A stretch of DNA of 64,000 bases from the IMG/VR virus record IMGVR_UViG_3300018080_008436, positions 372,001-436,000 of that record. One strand, written 5' to 3'. The position numbers and the translations under genes are program-made. This document shows, one piece after another, positions 10,663-22,380 of the stretch. Every line of letters begins with the position of its first letter. Positions within the stretch are counted from its first letter, which is position 1. A model generated the notes under the pieces. That model did not search any database and was not told where the DNA came from. It was given only the letters and a program-made list of their open reading frames with translations.

Positions 10663-13386
10663 CTAGAAATTGTTACTCACCATCCAAGTTTGATTTGTGC
10701 CTTCGGATGAGCAAATCTTTCCATCATCGTCGTAATAAAAAATTCGGAAAACACCTGTATCATCTTCGTGAGCAGTTAATTTCTGCTTCTGTACTGGACC
10801 TGTATTTAGAGGTGTTGTTATTTGAGTATCAAACGTCTCTTGGATTAATTCTATAAAATTAGCGTCACTACCTGCTGTCGCACTCATAGCTTCATTTAAT
10901 AATGTCTCTGTTACAATCTTTGCTTGTATCCCTGTTTCAGTAATATAAAACAACAATCCGCCATCATATATCGCCGCCTCTCCATCTTTAGCAACAATTA
11001 TCTCAGATGAACCCCACTCTTCACCAGAAACCCTTGAAAAAATCATCCTTACTCCATCTAAAGAGTCGTAGAAAACGACGATAGAACCATCAGCAAGACG
11101 TTTCGAAGAAACAACACCAAAGTCCTCAATATTGTCTACAGTAAATTGAGCGACTCCAGTTGATTCTGAAACTATTGGGATGATCTTGTCTTCAAAGAAC
11201 CAATCAGAAAACTTAAAAGTAAAATTATCAACTACAGGATTTGGGTTGTAAGTTGGATTTTCAATTGCTGGTGGCCTCCAAAGAAAATCTTGCCTACTAT
11301 CTTCAGGAACACATGCAAAATTCTGATAACTCAAAGTCAATATATTAACAATAAAGACCCCAAGATATCGGCTTCCATTATCATAGCTAACGAAGAAAAT
11401 ATACATCTTCTCAGAAAGTTCGTCGTAAATAGAACAACAATATAGAGCGTTATCTAAAATCAATAATCCATATTGGTTATCTTTGTTAGTTTCGACTTTA
11501 TCGCTCAACTGTGGATTCCCCCAAAAATATCCACCATTCTTTGATCCAATAACGAATACTCCATTTTTTTCTGGCCACTCGGTTGCTCCAGAGTTACTAA
11601 CTGTTGATACAGAATTCTGAACAGTAAACCCCCTAAAACCCCTGCCCATAAAAATCATAAGCTCTTCATCACTAATAGAAAAGATATCAAAGAGTCTAGC
11701 ATTATCAATCACTTGGTTATTGTTGATATAGTCTATGTTAGCAGAATTAATTAATGGTCCCACATTTACATTAGGATTACTTATAATAATTGGGCCATCT
11801 CCTGTAGCGGCACTAATCATTACTCTTCTAGAATCAGTTCTTGAATATCTGCCAGTCATATATTCGTAAATAGGAGAAACAAGATTACCATCATAAGTAT
11901 ATAAATCTTTATTTTGTGTAACTCCTCCACCTCTCTCAAATCCTATGAGATTCATTTCACCATCTCCACATATGGTAGTCCCATAGTATTCTCCTTGAGA
12001 TCCCAAAGAAAATAATAACACATCATTTCCAGGAGGAATCTCTACCTCTAATAACTTTACTCTATCTTGCCCTGTGTCGAGAGCTATTGTAGAGTTAGTA
12101 CCTTTCGAGATAGAAGCTGTTGCAACCCAAGCAGATTCTCCAATAGAAATGTCATAATGTTTGGGGTATTCAGTATAACCTAAAGTTCCTCGTCTTATCG
12201 CTACATTTTTGCTCTCATAATCATAATAGAGAAGTAAATCTTCATTCGATAGGTAATAGTATGCTGATGAAATTCCAAAGATACCCTCAACAGTTCTCAT
12301 GAATATGATCGCGTTATCATTATCTGGGGCTTGATCTCCCAGCCCCCAATATCTACCCCCACATAATCCGAGTCTAGTTCCACTAGGGATATCTACTTTA
12401 AATTCAGGGGCCAACCAATAACCATCCAAACAAATTCTTACGTTGGTATCTCCTGGAGGAGGTGGTATGTCACTAACGTCAACAGAGTATATTCCATTTA
12501 GCGCCGTCCTTCTCTCTACAGGAGTTCTACTAAAAGTGGCGTAAACAGTATCTCCTACGTTAAAGTTTGTAGGCTCTTCAGTAAATCGGATTATTGCTTC
12601 ATATGACTCACCCTGAGTCCTATTTTGCACTCCAATCCTCTCAATTGGATAACTATCTCCATTTGAATTATGTATATACCAACCTTTATATTTGGAATAG
12701 AGTTTCCTGGGGTTACTATTTATGTCATGGGAATATTGATTCATAAACCTGTCATAGAAACTAATAAATTCTCTAGATCCCATGTTAAAATAACCTTGTC
12801 CATAAGTGGTTGCTATGTTTTCTCCAGTAACCTGAATTCTGATGGATTTTGAGCTTAGGTTTATTGCATTAATCTCTCCACCAAGGAACTGGGTCCGACT
12901 GTCTGACATGTACCACTCAACCGCTTTCCATGCCTTTTGTTGAGGGATTATATAATCTGGATCAGCATCTGGGTTGAATACATATGTCTTAGTAATATCA
13001 TTAATGTACACATCTATAATATGCCCTCCCTCCTGACCTATGATCTCAAAATATCTGTTATTTTGAACCACAAAACTACCAACCAATGCATCATCATGGA
13101 AGTTCGTTCTTGTTGATCTGCCACCTTGACTTATTTCCATTTTTATGTAAGAAGTATCTTCATCAAGCAGAAATTCATTATAGTCAGACTTATCTGCCGT
13201 ATCCATTGGAACCTCTTCTAAGGAAACAGTTCCCTCATCAACAGTCCTAACAATGACATATCGATTATTGTCACTATATATTTCACTCTGACTTGTTCCT
13301 GTTGTAATTGGATAGAACTCCCAATAATGACTCTCAGTAACGGCCATATCTGTATCAGGACTAGGCATGTCAATTGGATTTGGCAT
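10663..13386 (-). CDS. Putative tail structural protein
   Basis: 907-aa beta-rich ORF, TAATG-coupled to the upstream gene in the tail module. Confidence 0.5.
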   Translation of the reverse strand: MPNPIDMPSPDTDMAVTESHYWEFYPITTGTSQSEIYSDNNRYVIVRTVDEGTVSLEEVPMDTADKSDYNEFLLDEDTSYIKMEISQGGRSTRTNFHDDALVGSFVVQNNRYFEIIGQEGGHIIDVYINDITKTYVFNPDADPDYIIPQQKAWKAVEWYMSDSRTQFLGGEINAINLSSKSIRIQVTGENIATTYGQGYFNMGSREFISFYDRFMNQYSHDINSNPRKLYSKYKGWYIHNSNGDSYPIERIGVQNRTQGESYEAIIRFTEEPTNFNVGDTVYATFSRTPVERRTALNGIYSVDVSDIPPPPGDTNVRICLDGYWLAPEFKVDIPSGTRLGLCGGRYWGLGDQAPDNDNAIIFMRTVEGIFGISSAYYYLSNEDLLLYYDYESKNVAIRRGTLGYTEYPKHYDISIGESAWVATASISKGTNSTIALDTGQDRVKLLEVEIPPGNDVLLFSLGSQGEYYGTTICGDGEMNLIGFERGGGVTQNKDLYTYDGNLVSPIYEYMTGRYSRTDSRRVMISAATGDGPIIISNPNVNVGPLINSANIDYINNNQVIDNARLFDIFSISDEELMIFMGRGFRGFTVQNSVSTVSNSGATEWPEKNGVFVIGSKNGGYFWGNPQLSDKVETNKDNQYGLLILDNALYCCSIYDELSEKMYIFFVSYDNGSRYLGVFIVNILTLSYQNFACVPEDSRQDFLWRPPAIENPTYNPNPVVDNFTFKFSDWFFEDKIIPIVSESTGVAQFTVDNIEDFGVVSSKRLADGSIVVFYDSLDGVRMIFSRVSGEEWGSSEIIVAKDGEAAIYDGGLLFYITETGIQAKIVTETLLNEAMSATAGSDANFIELIQETFDTQITTPLNTGPVQKQKLTAHEDDTGVFRIFYYDDDGKICSSEGTNQTWMVSNNF

Positions 13387-14924
13387 TATTGTAAATCCTC
13401 TTCTATTCTATCAATTGGATCATTAGGTGTTGTTCCAATAGGATCGTCAACAGGAATAGTTGGTGTTGTTCCAATAGGATCGTCAACAGGAGTAGTATTT
13501 GCAGGAGGATCAAATACTGCATCTGGGTTATTTGGGGAGAAGTATTCATCGTTTATTTGGTCAAAATCAAATGGATCATCACTAATCGGATCTTGTTCAA
13601 AGTCCGACCTTCTATTTGGAGAGTCAATAGTCTCAGAGATAACTCTTATTGGATCTATTACTTGGACTTCATCAGGTTGATCTTCCTGCTGTCTATCATC
13701 AACAACAAACACCTCATCAACAGATATATTTCTGCCAACTTCACCATTATTGAACTCAATATCTACAACTTCCACTACAAAAAACTGTGGTGGCTGAGTT
13801 TCCTCTTCAGGAGCATCGGGATTTTCGGGACTATCTTGGTTTGGAACATCTTCGTCATTACCTGACTGATCAGTTGCATTTGAGGTAGATGCCGCACTCG
13901 AAGCTGTTGTATTTGAGCTAGATGGGCTTGATCCATTAACCGCCGTAACTGTGCCAGTTTTCCCACTTGACACAACACTATCTCCAACAGCTATATTTCT
14001 TCTTCTAATATATACTCCTGTTGCAGAACCCTCTGATAATTGAGAGTTTTGATCAGTTCGGAATATGGTTTGAGAACCTGTTGGTAAAGCTCCAGTTGAG
14101 ATTCTATTCATCACTCCATCTAACAAATATGGATCTTGTATCCACCAAGATCTTGACAAAACAAAAAAATCACTTGCTTGAAAGTTTGGGTCTGCTGTCC
14201 CTTGGAACTCTACGTCGATTTCTATAGATCCAGTTACTCCCCTTACTTCATTAATGGAAAATGCCATAGAGCTACCATCGTTTCTACTATAGAGAGTAAT
14301 AGTATCGTTTACACTAGAGAAATTTATGGTCCCAACAGATGTCGTTTCTGCTTTAGTGTCGATTGTAACTGTATAGGTTTTCTTAGCCGCATCCAGAACA
14401 GTAAATGATCTAATGATCCCATGATTTAAGTAAAACTGTTCGAATTTCGATCTAAAGATTAGATCTTCTGTGCTCGAACCTAAGAAATCTATGTTGAGGA
14501 TATTTTGGGCGGTTATTTCAGAGTAGACTTTTTCCTTAAAAAGCGTCCCTACACAATATCCCAATTCAGGCCCTACATACTCTCGTCCAAGTCCATAATT
14601 TGCAGAAGACTTTTGAGCGAATGCTTGTTCGACCTGATTTATGCCACTTAAGGCTCCAATGACACTTCCAGGGGCTGAATTGGCTGTTCGTATAAAGTCG
14701 GTCCAAGGGTCGTTAAAACCGCCCCAAGGGGCTATTATGGTACATGTAGTTGTTTCTGCGGCATACTGAGACAGAGATGCAGGAAGAAGTTCGTCTGGCA
14801 TTTCTGCATAAGGAATTGAACGAGCAGTATCTAGGACATCACTTCTTAGTAGAGGAACCCACCTCCATCTTGAATATCCGAGGTCGTTTTCAACTTGTGT
14901 TGCAGTAATAACATTAATAGCCAT
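13386..14924 (-). CDS. Putative tail protein following tape measure
   Basis: 512 aa; Ser/Thr- and Asp/Pro-rich C-terminus with a PVDDPIGTTP repeat. Confidence 0.5.
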   Translation of the reverse strand: MAINVITATQVENDLGYSRWRWVPLLRSDVLDTARSIPYAEMPDELLPASLSQYAAETTTCTIIAPWGGFNDPWTDFIRTANSAPGSVIGALSGINQVEQAFAQKSSANYGLGREYVGPELGYCVGTLFKEKVYSEITAQNILNIDFLGSSTEDLIFRSKFEQFYLNHGIIRSFTVLDAAKKTYTVTIDTKAETTSVGTINFSSVNDTITLYSRNDGSSMAFSINEVRGVTGSIEIDVEFQGTADPNFQASDFFVLSRSWWIQDPYLLDGVMNRISTGALPTGSQTIFRTDQNSQLSEGSATGVYIRRRNIAVGDSVVSSGKTGTVTAVNGSSPSSSNTTASSAASTSNATDQSGNDEDVPNQDSPENPDAPEEETQPPQFFVVEVVDIEFNNGEVGRNISVDEVFVVDDRQQEDQPDEVQVIDPIRVISETIDSPNRRSDFEQDPISDDPFDFDQINDEYFSPNNPDAVFDPPANTTPVDDPIGTTPTIPVDDPIGTTPNDPIDRIEEDLQ

Positions 14925-14979
14925 GACATTTGTTCTGTGTTATTGGTTGGTAAAAGTATTATACATTCGAACAGAAGGA

Positions 14980-17900
14980 TTAGGCCATTTTTTCGAAAGA
15001 CATTCTTAGCCTACTATTCTTTGTCATTTCGGCATCAATTTTATCACTGAGTGTTATTTTAAGCTCACCTAAAACTTCTTTCCCGCCACTTTCACTTGGG
15101 CCTCCATCGAGTCCAGCCATCTCTCTTCCCGAAGATCTTCTGTATTCTGCTTGTGTTGCCGCATCTGATACAATATCGCTTCTTACAACGCCACCCTTCC
15201 CTTTGCCTACTGCTCTAGGAGTTTGGGGTTTAGCTTTACCCCCTCTGTGAACAATAATACCTTGATTTCCACCAAGTGCTGTTGGGACTCTACCTCCAGT
15301 ACTTTCTGGGGCATTCGCTCTAGCATCGGCATAAGCCTTTTCTCTTTCTTTTACTCTAGCGGCTTCGGCTTCGGCTTCAGCTTGTCGATCTGGGTCATAT
15401 CGCACATGTCCACCTAGTGCAGTTGAACCCCACTTAAGTGCAGATTTATCTGCCCCTTTCAATTTTTCTAATTCGGATCTAGCGGCGGCTCTCTCTGCTG
15501 ATGTAGCATCACGATCAAGAGCTTTGCTTTGGAGTTCTTTCATTCGAGTTATGTTTTGGCTATATGGTGTTGCAGGCAGTTTTTTATTAACCTTTGGCAT
15601 ACTAAGATAGTTAACACCTTCTCCCGCTGGCCTTGTATCTCGTCCTGCCCTACTTTTTGCAAGTCCCTTTCTAGCAATTTCTCTTGCTTCCTCATCCGAC
15701 ATTACTTTTTGGCCAATTGACGCTGTTGGGATTTTTGGAACACCCATCTTTTCGATTGGTCCTGTAAGATCCACTGTCCCAATGTCTTCTGGAACTGAAG
15801 CGTATCTGTCCAATACTGGAGTAGGTGTTGGAGTAGGTGTTGGAGTAGGTGTTGGGGCTTTGGAAGAAGGTCTAGTGGCTTTAGTGGATTTAGGTAAAAC
15901 GTTCTTCTTGACTTCTTCTGGAATCGCTTCCTTTCCCATTTGCCTGGCAGTTGCAAGTCTAATCCCTTTTGAACGAGAAAGTTTCCCTTTTTCAGCTTTG
16001 GTCAGGAAGTCCTCCCATTCTATTCCTTTCTTGAATTGAGGTCCTTGAGCCTGTTTGGCAGGTTCCTTCTTAACCCTTCTAGATTGTTGACTTCCTGGCT
16101 CTGGAATGCCTTTTCGTTTTCTATATTCGGCATCCACCTTATCCATATACTCTTCCTCTCTTCTTATGGCTTCAGCACTAGCTTTCTTCCTTTTTTCGGC
16201 TCGATCTTGTCTGTTTTTTCGGATAATTTTCGACACTTTGGCTTTCCCATGAGCGATAGCTTCTTTATCATCAGTATATCCCATAACAGATGCCATTATG
16301 TCTCTAAATTCAGCTTCCTGTTCTTTAAGGCTTTTACTTCTGAAAACCTCTTCTTTCATCAATTCTTCAAAGACATACTCAGCTTGTGCCGCAATAGCGC
16401 TTCTTTTATCTTGTCCTTCTCCTTTTTGTAGGAGAACATGCATCCTTTCTTGTGCCGTGCCAACAAGCGATCCTCTTTTTATAGATAGTGCCTCCCCCAT
16501 GCGAATAGCTTTGCTCATATCCTCTTGTTTCTTAGAACCAGAGGACATACTTACTGCAACCTCTTTATGGGCTTTCATCAACTCTGTCGCATTTTCACTT
16601 ACGGCATGGACTTTTTTAATAATTTCATCCTCTGTCATCCCTAAAGATTTGGCAAGTCTTTCTGTACTTTTCGATATTGTGTAAGCATTAAGGTTACCTT
16701 CTTTAATTAAATTGTCAAGGTGATTCATCTCCTCCTTGACTATTTGAGATTGTATTGTCTCTGCCATTCTACTATCACGTTTGCGCAATTCTTTTATAGC
16801 AGTTCCCATACTATATTCAAGTCCCATCATCTCATAAGAATTTTCTTCAGCATTCTTCATGGAGCTTTGGATATTCATGGCCAAACTAGCAATGGCTTGA
16901 GCCTCTACCCCCTTAAATTCGTTCATCCTTGCATCAAGTTGATTCCACGACTCAATCTGAGTACTCATTATGTATTCCTGCTCTCTGGAAAGCTTCTTTA
17001 TTTCTGATGTCGCAGTAGCAGTTCCCCCTTTAGGAGTGGCTCCTCCAGTTACAGGTTTTGCGGCTGGTTTTCTAGTAGGTCCTGTCGCAGGTGCAGGAGC
17101 GCCTTCCATTGGTCCTCTATGTCCTCCCCATGACAAGAATTGTTTTACATCTACTCCCCAATGCATTGATCCATCTGAAAGCGTTTGACTCGCGCCAGAA
17201 AATCCTTTAGCAATATCTCTTTGCCTTCTAACAATTGCCTTGCTAACTTTGACCTGTTCCTTCTGAAGAGATTTGAGTGTTTTAGAATCGTTTCTCCCAG
17301 AATCGTTAAGCTCTGTCATCTTATTGGAGATCTCTTGGCTATATTTGAGAAGTCCCTGCATTTTTGGATCTTTCTGCATCTGTCTCAACATAACTGGAGG
17401 TATGCCCATTGGACCTGGAGCGGCAGATGGCGCAAAAACATTTGTAGCTTCTGGAGTCGTTCCACGAGATCCACCTGCGACCGCTCCTGCAAAAGCAGTT
17501 ACCGTATTTGCCCCTCTTCTAGTCCTTCTTTCTTGACCTGGAGCACCTTTACCACCTTCTCCTGTTCTTACATCGATCTTAACGGATTGGAGGTTATTGC
17601 CACCACCAGACCAAGTATGAAGTGCTCGACTGAACTCACTTTCCATAAACCCTTGTTTATTGATGTTTTGTTCTAAAATTGCTCCTTTTGTATTCTCATG
17701 CTCTCTATTATCACCTATGTATCCAGCAGTTGGAGCGGCACCTTTGCCCATCATATGTTGTTGGAAAGCCTGGGCAGATCTTCCATAACCAAAGATGTCA
17801 TCAACTTGAGCACCAGCAAATGCTCCCGCTTGGAATCCGCCAATGGTGTATTTTGAAGGTGCGGCCATTCTAGCTTTTGAAGCCTCAGACCCTTGAATAG

Positions 17901-20900
17901 TATATCCACCAAGAGCCATCGTATTAAGAAAGTCAATCCCTGTTACGCCTTTTACAGAATCCATTAACTGAGTTACACCCATCTCCTGGGTTCCGATGAT
18001 AGCCTCAAACTCCCCAGCACCGAACGACATCTCTCTCAAAGCGTCAAGATAACCTTCACGTATATCTTTTGTTAGTTCATAGATTTTATTTTGAGCGCTT
18101 AAAGATTTTTGTTGCAAGTCATTGAAGTCACCTATTTGTTTATTAAGGATACCATGAATCATTCGACGTTTATTATCTGTGACACCCATTTCTTTAAGAG
18201 TAGCCAGCCCTTGGCCAAGAGCCGCTTGTATACCTTCTGTGGTGTCTTGATTCTTTGCGGCATTAAACGTAGAGAGCATGATCATCTTAGCCCTTTCTCG
18301 CTCTTCCTTCGTTAAGCCTTTCATGATCTTTTCATCTGAGACTTCGATGGCAACTCGTTGATCCTGAAGCTGTATTTGTTCTTGAATCGCTTTAATATTA
18401 TCGTATGACAAATTTACTTGTTTCTGCATCATCTGAATTGATGCACCCATACCAAATTGAGCATTTTCCATCAAAGTTCTTTCAGTATCCAACCTGGATT
18501 CCAATACTGAATTCATTTTCAAATGCTCGTCAACCGCTCCTCTAATAACTTTACTAACTGCGTCTGCCGCTGTTTTCTGATTATCGATAACTGTCTTCTG
18601 TTGCTCTGCTATTTTAAGAACTTCTGTTGTTAGACTTCGACGCATGAGTTCGTTAGCATTCAACTCATCCATCTTCTTCTTGACAGCATCTAAGTCATTA
18701 ATCTGTTTCGCCGCTTGAACATCAAGCTCTAACTGAATACCTTCTTCTCCAAGTTGTCGGATTCTATCCTCGATAGCTGAAACAGCTTCATCCAGAGTCC
18801 CTAGACGATTTTTATCAACTCCAAGGCCAATCATAATTTCTCTTCTGGCCCCTAATACTTCATCCAAGTATCTCTGTGCTTCTTCTGTTTCTTTTAAAAT
18901 AACTTGGAATGCTTCACTATATGCCTCTGATGCTTGTTTGGAAGTCATAACAAACATTTCGTTTAATGCGTCGATTTGTGAGTAAATAACATCCCTCTGA
19001 GAAGCTAACAATTTGAGGTTTGCTTCATGAGTTTTCTTAATTCTTTCCCATCTTTTGAGCATTTCTCCAAGAGTATCTGACTCATCTTTGATCCCTGTGA
19101 GTGAACCAGTTCTGAATTTTTTTCTACTTCGTTGATCAGCCTCCTCATTCTTCTTTTTTTCTAGTTCTTCTCTATTAATGGCTTCTGAAATCTTTTGACC
19201 AACAATACCGCCAATAGTAGCTCCAATCATTGTCCCCGCTGGGCCAGCCAAAGATCCAAGCAATCCACCAACAATAGCCCCACCGCCAGCGCCGACACCA
19301 GAAACAGCACTTCTTCTTAAGGAATCCCCTTTGTCAAACCCTGCACTTCTAGATCTTGAATATTCCCCCATCCCACTCATGACAGCCCCAATCACTGCCA
19401 TTGGGATGGCCATCTTCATTCCTGCCATCATTTGAGAGCCTGCACCCCCTGCGCTTCCCGCTCTCATTCCAGCGCCTGCTTCTTGCCCACCTCTTCTTAG
19501 AGCGGATCTGACATATTCCGAATTTCTTCTATCTGCGATCCTTCTGCCTCTATTGGCAATTTGATCACCCCTTATTCGTCTATTGGCCCCTTGCTCAATG
19601 GTGTCTGTCCATCTTCTTGCAGACTCTTCAAAGGCATCTGCTCTACTTCTAGTTGCAGAGGCTACCGCAGAAGCGGCTCTCCCAGCCCCTCCTCTTCCTC
19701 TACCAGCAGAAGCGACACCTTCACCAGCCCTTCCTATGGCATCACTTACATCTTCTGTCTTATCTCTTATTTTTTCTAATGAATCAAGCCAAATCTCAAA
19801 TCTTTTGGGCACTTTACCAATCTGACTAGCGATGCCTGTTCCCATAAGTGTGGTCAATGCTTGGAACGCACCAACAACCAGAAATACCTTTTCTGGCAGA
19901 CTATTCATATATTCCAGTACTTTGGACATACCCTCTGCAATGGTTTTTATATGAGGTTCAAGAGCTTGCCCCATCTTCAATACAGCATCTGCACTTTGTT
20001 GTTGTACTTTGGCTACTGACTTATTGGTTTGTAGAAGATCTTGCTCTTTTTGGTTGGTTTCTGTAGTATATTTTAAGAGACGTTCTCTTTGTTGAGCACT
20101 CATGTTCCCATATTCACCAGCAACCGCCAATGACGTTCTTAGAACCTTCAACCTTTCTCTTGCTCCTGCGGCCTCATCTTTATCACCAGTTCTGATCTCC
20201 TCCATAACCTTACTGACTTCCATCATAGCATCTAAAGCAGGAGGATAGCTCTCAAAAACACCTAACAAATCTTGAGCGACTTCTTTGGCAACTTTTACAT
20301 TAGGTCCGAACTGTGTTTGAAGGATCTTCGCGAATTGAGCTATCTGTTGAACAGTAGGAGTCATTCCAACATAACCAGAAGCAACACTTTGAGCAAAATC
20401 AACGAATTCTTTTTTGGAGAAACTTGTCTCTTTGCTGACATATCGCATGGTGTCGGCCATATTTTTATTGCCAACCCCGAATACTTTATATGTCCTTTCC
20501 AAATCATAAAGAGACTGGTTGTACTCAAGAACACTATTCATTGCATTCCCGATAGAGAATGTCTGAGCGCCAAATGCTCCAAGGAATTTATTAAACTCCG
20601 CGCCAGCGGCCCTCATTGCACTTTGCATTTTGTGAAGTGCTTTTATGTTGTCTTTAATTTTCTCAGAATAAGTTCTAGATTCTTTGGCTATTTTTTCTTT
20701 TGCTAAGGCATGCCTTTTTTCTTCAATCCTTGCTTCTTTGGTTTTCTTAATGCTTTCTTTGATAGCATTGAGTTCTTTTATAATACTTTCCCGACTTCTA
20801 TCAGTGAGTTGGCTATTTCTTCCTTTTTCTTCAGCCTCTTTTCTTATAGCTTTGATAGCTTTGTCAATATTACCAGACATACGTCCGTAACTAATCAAAG

Positions 20901-21213
20901 TGTCTTCAACAGTCTTGTGTAATTCATTTTGAGCTTCGGCACTTTTCTTGGATTGAGATCTAATAGACTCCAGGGCTTCTTTGTATTTTTTGAAAGCACT
21001 ATCTACATCTTTTACGGACTTGATGAAGTCTTTGAGTTTATCTTCACTCATACCGAGAGATTTTGCAAAATCCTTAAGATTTTTTTCGGCCTCTTTAGTG
21101 TTTAAGGAAAGACTGGCGGCTCTTTTAAGAGCTTCAATAAAGTTATTCAACTGAGTCATTTGCTCAGGAGTAACAACCAAATCTTCTATAAAATCTCGTG
21201 AAATGTCTGCCAT
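14980..21213 (-). CDS. Tail tape measure protein
   Basis: 2077 aa, helical/coiled-coil with Gly/Ala-rich hydrophobic segments (GAGGGAIVGGLLGSLAGPAGTMIGATIGG); lies downstream of the tail tube and chaperones. Confidence 0.85.
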   Translation of the reverse strand: MADISRDFIEDLVVTPEQMTQLNNFIEALKRAASLSLNTKEAEKNLKDFAKSLGMSEDKLKDFIKSVKDVDSAFKKYKEALESIRSQSKKSAEAQNELHKTVEDTLISYGRMSGNIDKAIKAIRKEAEEKGRNSQLTDRSRESIIKELNAIKESIKKTKEARIEEKRHALAKEKIAKESRTYSEKIKDNIKALHKMQSAMRAAGAEFNKFLGAFGAQTFSIGNAMNSVLEYNQSLYDLERTYKVFGVGNKNMADTMRYVSKETSFSKKEFVDFAQSVASGYVGMTPTVQQIAQFAKILQTQFGPNVKVAKEVAQDLLGVFESYPPALDAMMEVSKVMEEIRTGDKDEAAGARERLKVLRTSLAVAGEYGNMSAQQRERLLKYTTETNQKEQDLLQTNKSVAKVQQQSADAVLKMGQALEPHIKTIAEGMSKVLEYMNSLPEKVFLVVGAFQALTTLMGTGIASQIGKVPKRFEIWLDSLEKIRDKTEDVSDAIGRAGEGVASAGRGRGGAGRAASAVASATRSRADAFEESARRWTDTIEQGANRRIRGDQIANRGRRIADRRNSEYVRSALRRGGQEAGAGMRAGSAGGAGSQMMAGMKMAIPMAVIGAVMSGMGEYSRSRSAGFDKGDSLRRSAVSGVGAGGGAIVGGLLGSLAGPAGTMIGATIGGIVGQKISEAINREELEKKKNEEADQRSRKKFRTGSLTGIKDESDTLGEMLKRWERIKKTHEANLKLLASQRDVIYSQIDALNEMFVMTSKQASEAYSEAFQVILKETEEAQRYLDEVLGARREIMIGLGVDKNRLGTLDEAVSAIEDRIRQLGEEGIQLELDVQAAKQINDLDAVKKKMDELNANELMRRSLTTEVLKIAEQQKTVIDNQKTAADAVSKVIRGAVDEHLKMNSVLESRLDTERTLMENAQFGMGASIQMMQKQVNLSYDNIKAIQEQIQLQDQRVAIEVSDEKIMKGLTKEERERAKMIMLSTFNAAKNQDTTEGIQAALGQGLATLKEMGVTDNKRRMIHGILNKQIGDFNDLQQKSLSAQNKIYELTKDIREGYLDALREMSFGAGEFEAIIGTQEMGVTQLMDSVKGVTGIDFLNTMALGGYTIQGSEASKARMAAPSKYTIGGFQAGAFAGAQVDDIFGYGRSAQAFQQHMMGKGAAPTAGYIGDNREHENTKGAILEQNINKQGFMESEFSRALHTWSGGGNNLQSVKIDVRTGEGGKGAPGQERRTRRGANTVTAFAGAVAGGSRGTTPEATNVFAPSAAPGPMGIPPVMLRQMQKDPKMQGLLKYSQEISNKMTELNDSGRNDSKTLKSLQKEQVKVSKAIVRRQRDIAKGFSGASQTLSDGSMHWGVDVKQFLSWGGHRGPMEGAPAPATGPTRKPAAKPVTGGATPKGGTATATSEIKKLSREQEYIMSTQIESWNQLDARMNEFKGVEAQAIASLAMNIQSSMKNAEENSYEMMGLEYSMGTAIKELRKRDSRMAETIQSQIVKEEMNHLDNLIKEGNLNAYTISKSTERLAKSLGMTEDEIIKKVHAVSENATELMKAHKEVAVSMSSGSKKQEDMSKAIRMGEALSIKRGSLVGTAQERMHVLLQKGEGQDKRSAIAAQAEYVFEELMKEEVFRSKSLKEQEAEFRDIMASVMGYTDDKEAIAHGKAKVSKIIRKNRQDRAEKRKKASAEAIRREEEYMDKVDAEYRKRKGIPEPGSQQSRRVKKEPAKQAQGPQFKKGIEWEDFLTKAEKGKLSRSKGIRLATARQMGKEAIPEEVKKNVLPKSTKATRPSSKAPTPTPTPTPTPTPVLDRYASVPEDIGTVDLTGPIEKMGVPKIPTASIGQKVMSDEEAREIARKGLAKSRAGRDTRPAGEGVNYLSMPKVNKKLPATPYSQNITRMKELQSKALDRDATSAERAAARSELEKLKGADKSALKWGSTALGGHVRYDPDRQAEAEAEAARVKEREKAYADARANAPESTGGRVPTALGGNQGIIVHRGGKAKPQTPRAVGKGKGGVVRSDIVSDAATQAEYRRSSGREMAGLDGGPSESGGKEVLGELKITLSDKIDAEMTKNSRLRMSFEKMA

Positions 21214-21216
21214 TTA

Positions 21217-22320
21217 TTAAACCGTACTTTTTTCCAAAATACCTTGCTCTAATTTTGCCAATAAGAGTGATACTGATAATATGTATCCTGCATGGACGAT
21301 AGAATTCTCACTAAATTCCATCATTACATTTGGAGGTTCTTCTGTTTCTGGGATTTCAGGATATCCCATATCCCCAAACTCACCTTTTGCTTTATTGTAA
21401 GCATCATAATCCAGTTTTGTTCGTTCGTATTCCATCTCAGAATCTGTCTTTGAAAAGGTTGACAAGTCTAAATTCTCAAGAATCTCTCTTCTGGCATTAT
21501 TAAATGCCCCAACAAGCCCCCCTTTGTTTAGATAAGTTCCACTAATAACACCATTGTATATCTTGTAAACTACTTGATCGACTTTATTCAAACGTGGTAT
21601 ATAAGGTAACGCATTCAGCATTTCCGCATAATCAGAGAGTTCGTTCGATCTTATCAATGCTTTTGTTTTGTCCCAATATTCTTGGTCTCCTAATGCACCT
21701 AGAATCTCGTTTGAGAAATGATGCAGGAAGAAACTAAATGTGTTATGAAGTCTTTCTCTTCTTTCTTTCTCTCTCTTGCCCTTCTCTTTTTGTAAGAATT
21801 CTTTAGCTCCCCAATGACTTTCTAAATCTTTTGTCTCTTGAACATATTTGCTTTCATAAGCATTTACCATTTTTCCCATAGACGTTGCTATGGCATTCTC
21901 TTCTGCTTCTGAAGATTCGACTGAGTCAAATGCTGATAGATATGTTGCGTAATTAGATAGATATTCGCGATATTGCCCTCTAGCTAATAATGTAGACAAT
22001 GTTTTATAAATGAAGGGATATTGCCTGAATTTTGCCGTGTTATTCATTAATGAACCCAACACACTAGAATAAAATTCTGAGACATTGTCAGATCGAGGGT
22101 TCGGTCTTCTAGAGAAAGATTTCCCTGCATTTTCAAAAAGGTAAACTAAAGCTTGAGGGACTTCTTTGACAGACAACTCTCTTGTAGGAAACGTCTTTAC
22201 AAAGTCATGGAAATCTTTTTCTTGACCTTCTGCCAATTTGAGAAAAAGATCTTCAATTTTCTTATTCTTGGAGGTACAAGCTAACTTATTTAGGTCCTGG
22301 AGTAATTCATAGGGGATCAT
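21217..22320 (-). CDS. Hypothetical protein between tail chaperones and tape measure
   Basis: 367-aa helical ORF with an AGG-N19-GAAT motif upstream. Confidence 0.6.
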   Translation of the reverse strand: MIPYELLQDLNKLACTSKNKKIEDLFLKLAEGQEKDFHDFVKTFPTRELSVKEVPQALVYLFENAGKSFSRRPNPRSDNVSEFYSSVLGSLMNNTAKFRQYPFIYKTLSTLLARGQYREYLSNYATYLSAFDSVESSEAEENAIATSMGKMVNAYESKYVQETKDLESHWGAKEFLQKEKGKREKERRERLHNTFSFFLHHFSNEILGALGDQEYWDKTKALIRSNELSDYAEMLNALPYIPRLNKVDQVVYKIYNGVISGTYLNKGGLVGAFNNARREILENLDLSTFSKTDSEMEYERTKLDYDAYNKAKGEFGDMGYPEIPETEEPPNVMMEFSENSIVHAGYILSVSLLLAKLEQGILEKSTV

Positions 22321-22380
22321 AACACAACACCGACAAAAGATTATTTAATCTTTTATTCAAATAAATGAATCACAAGACCT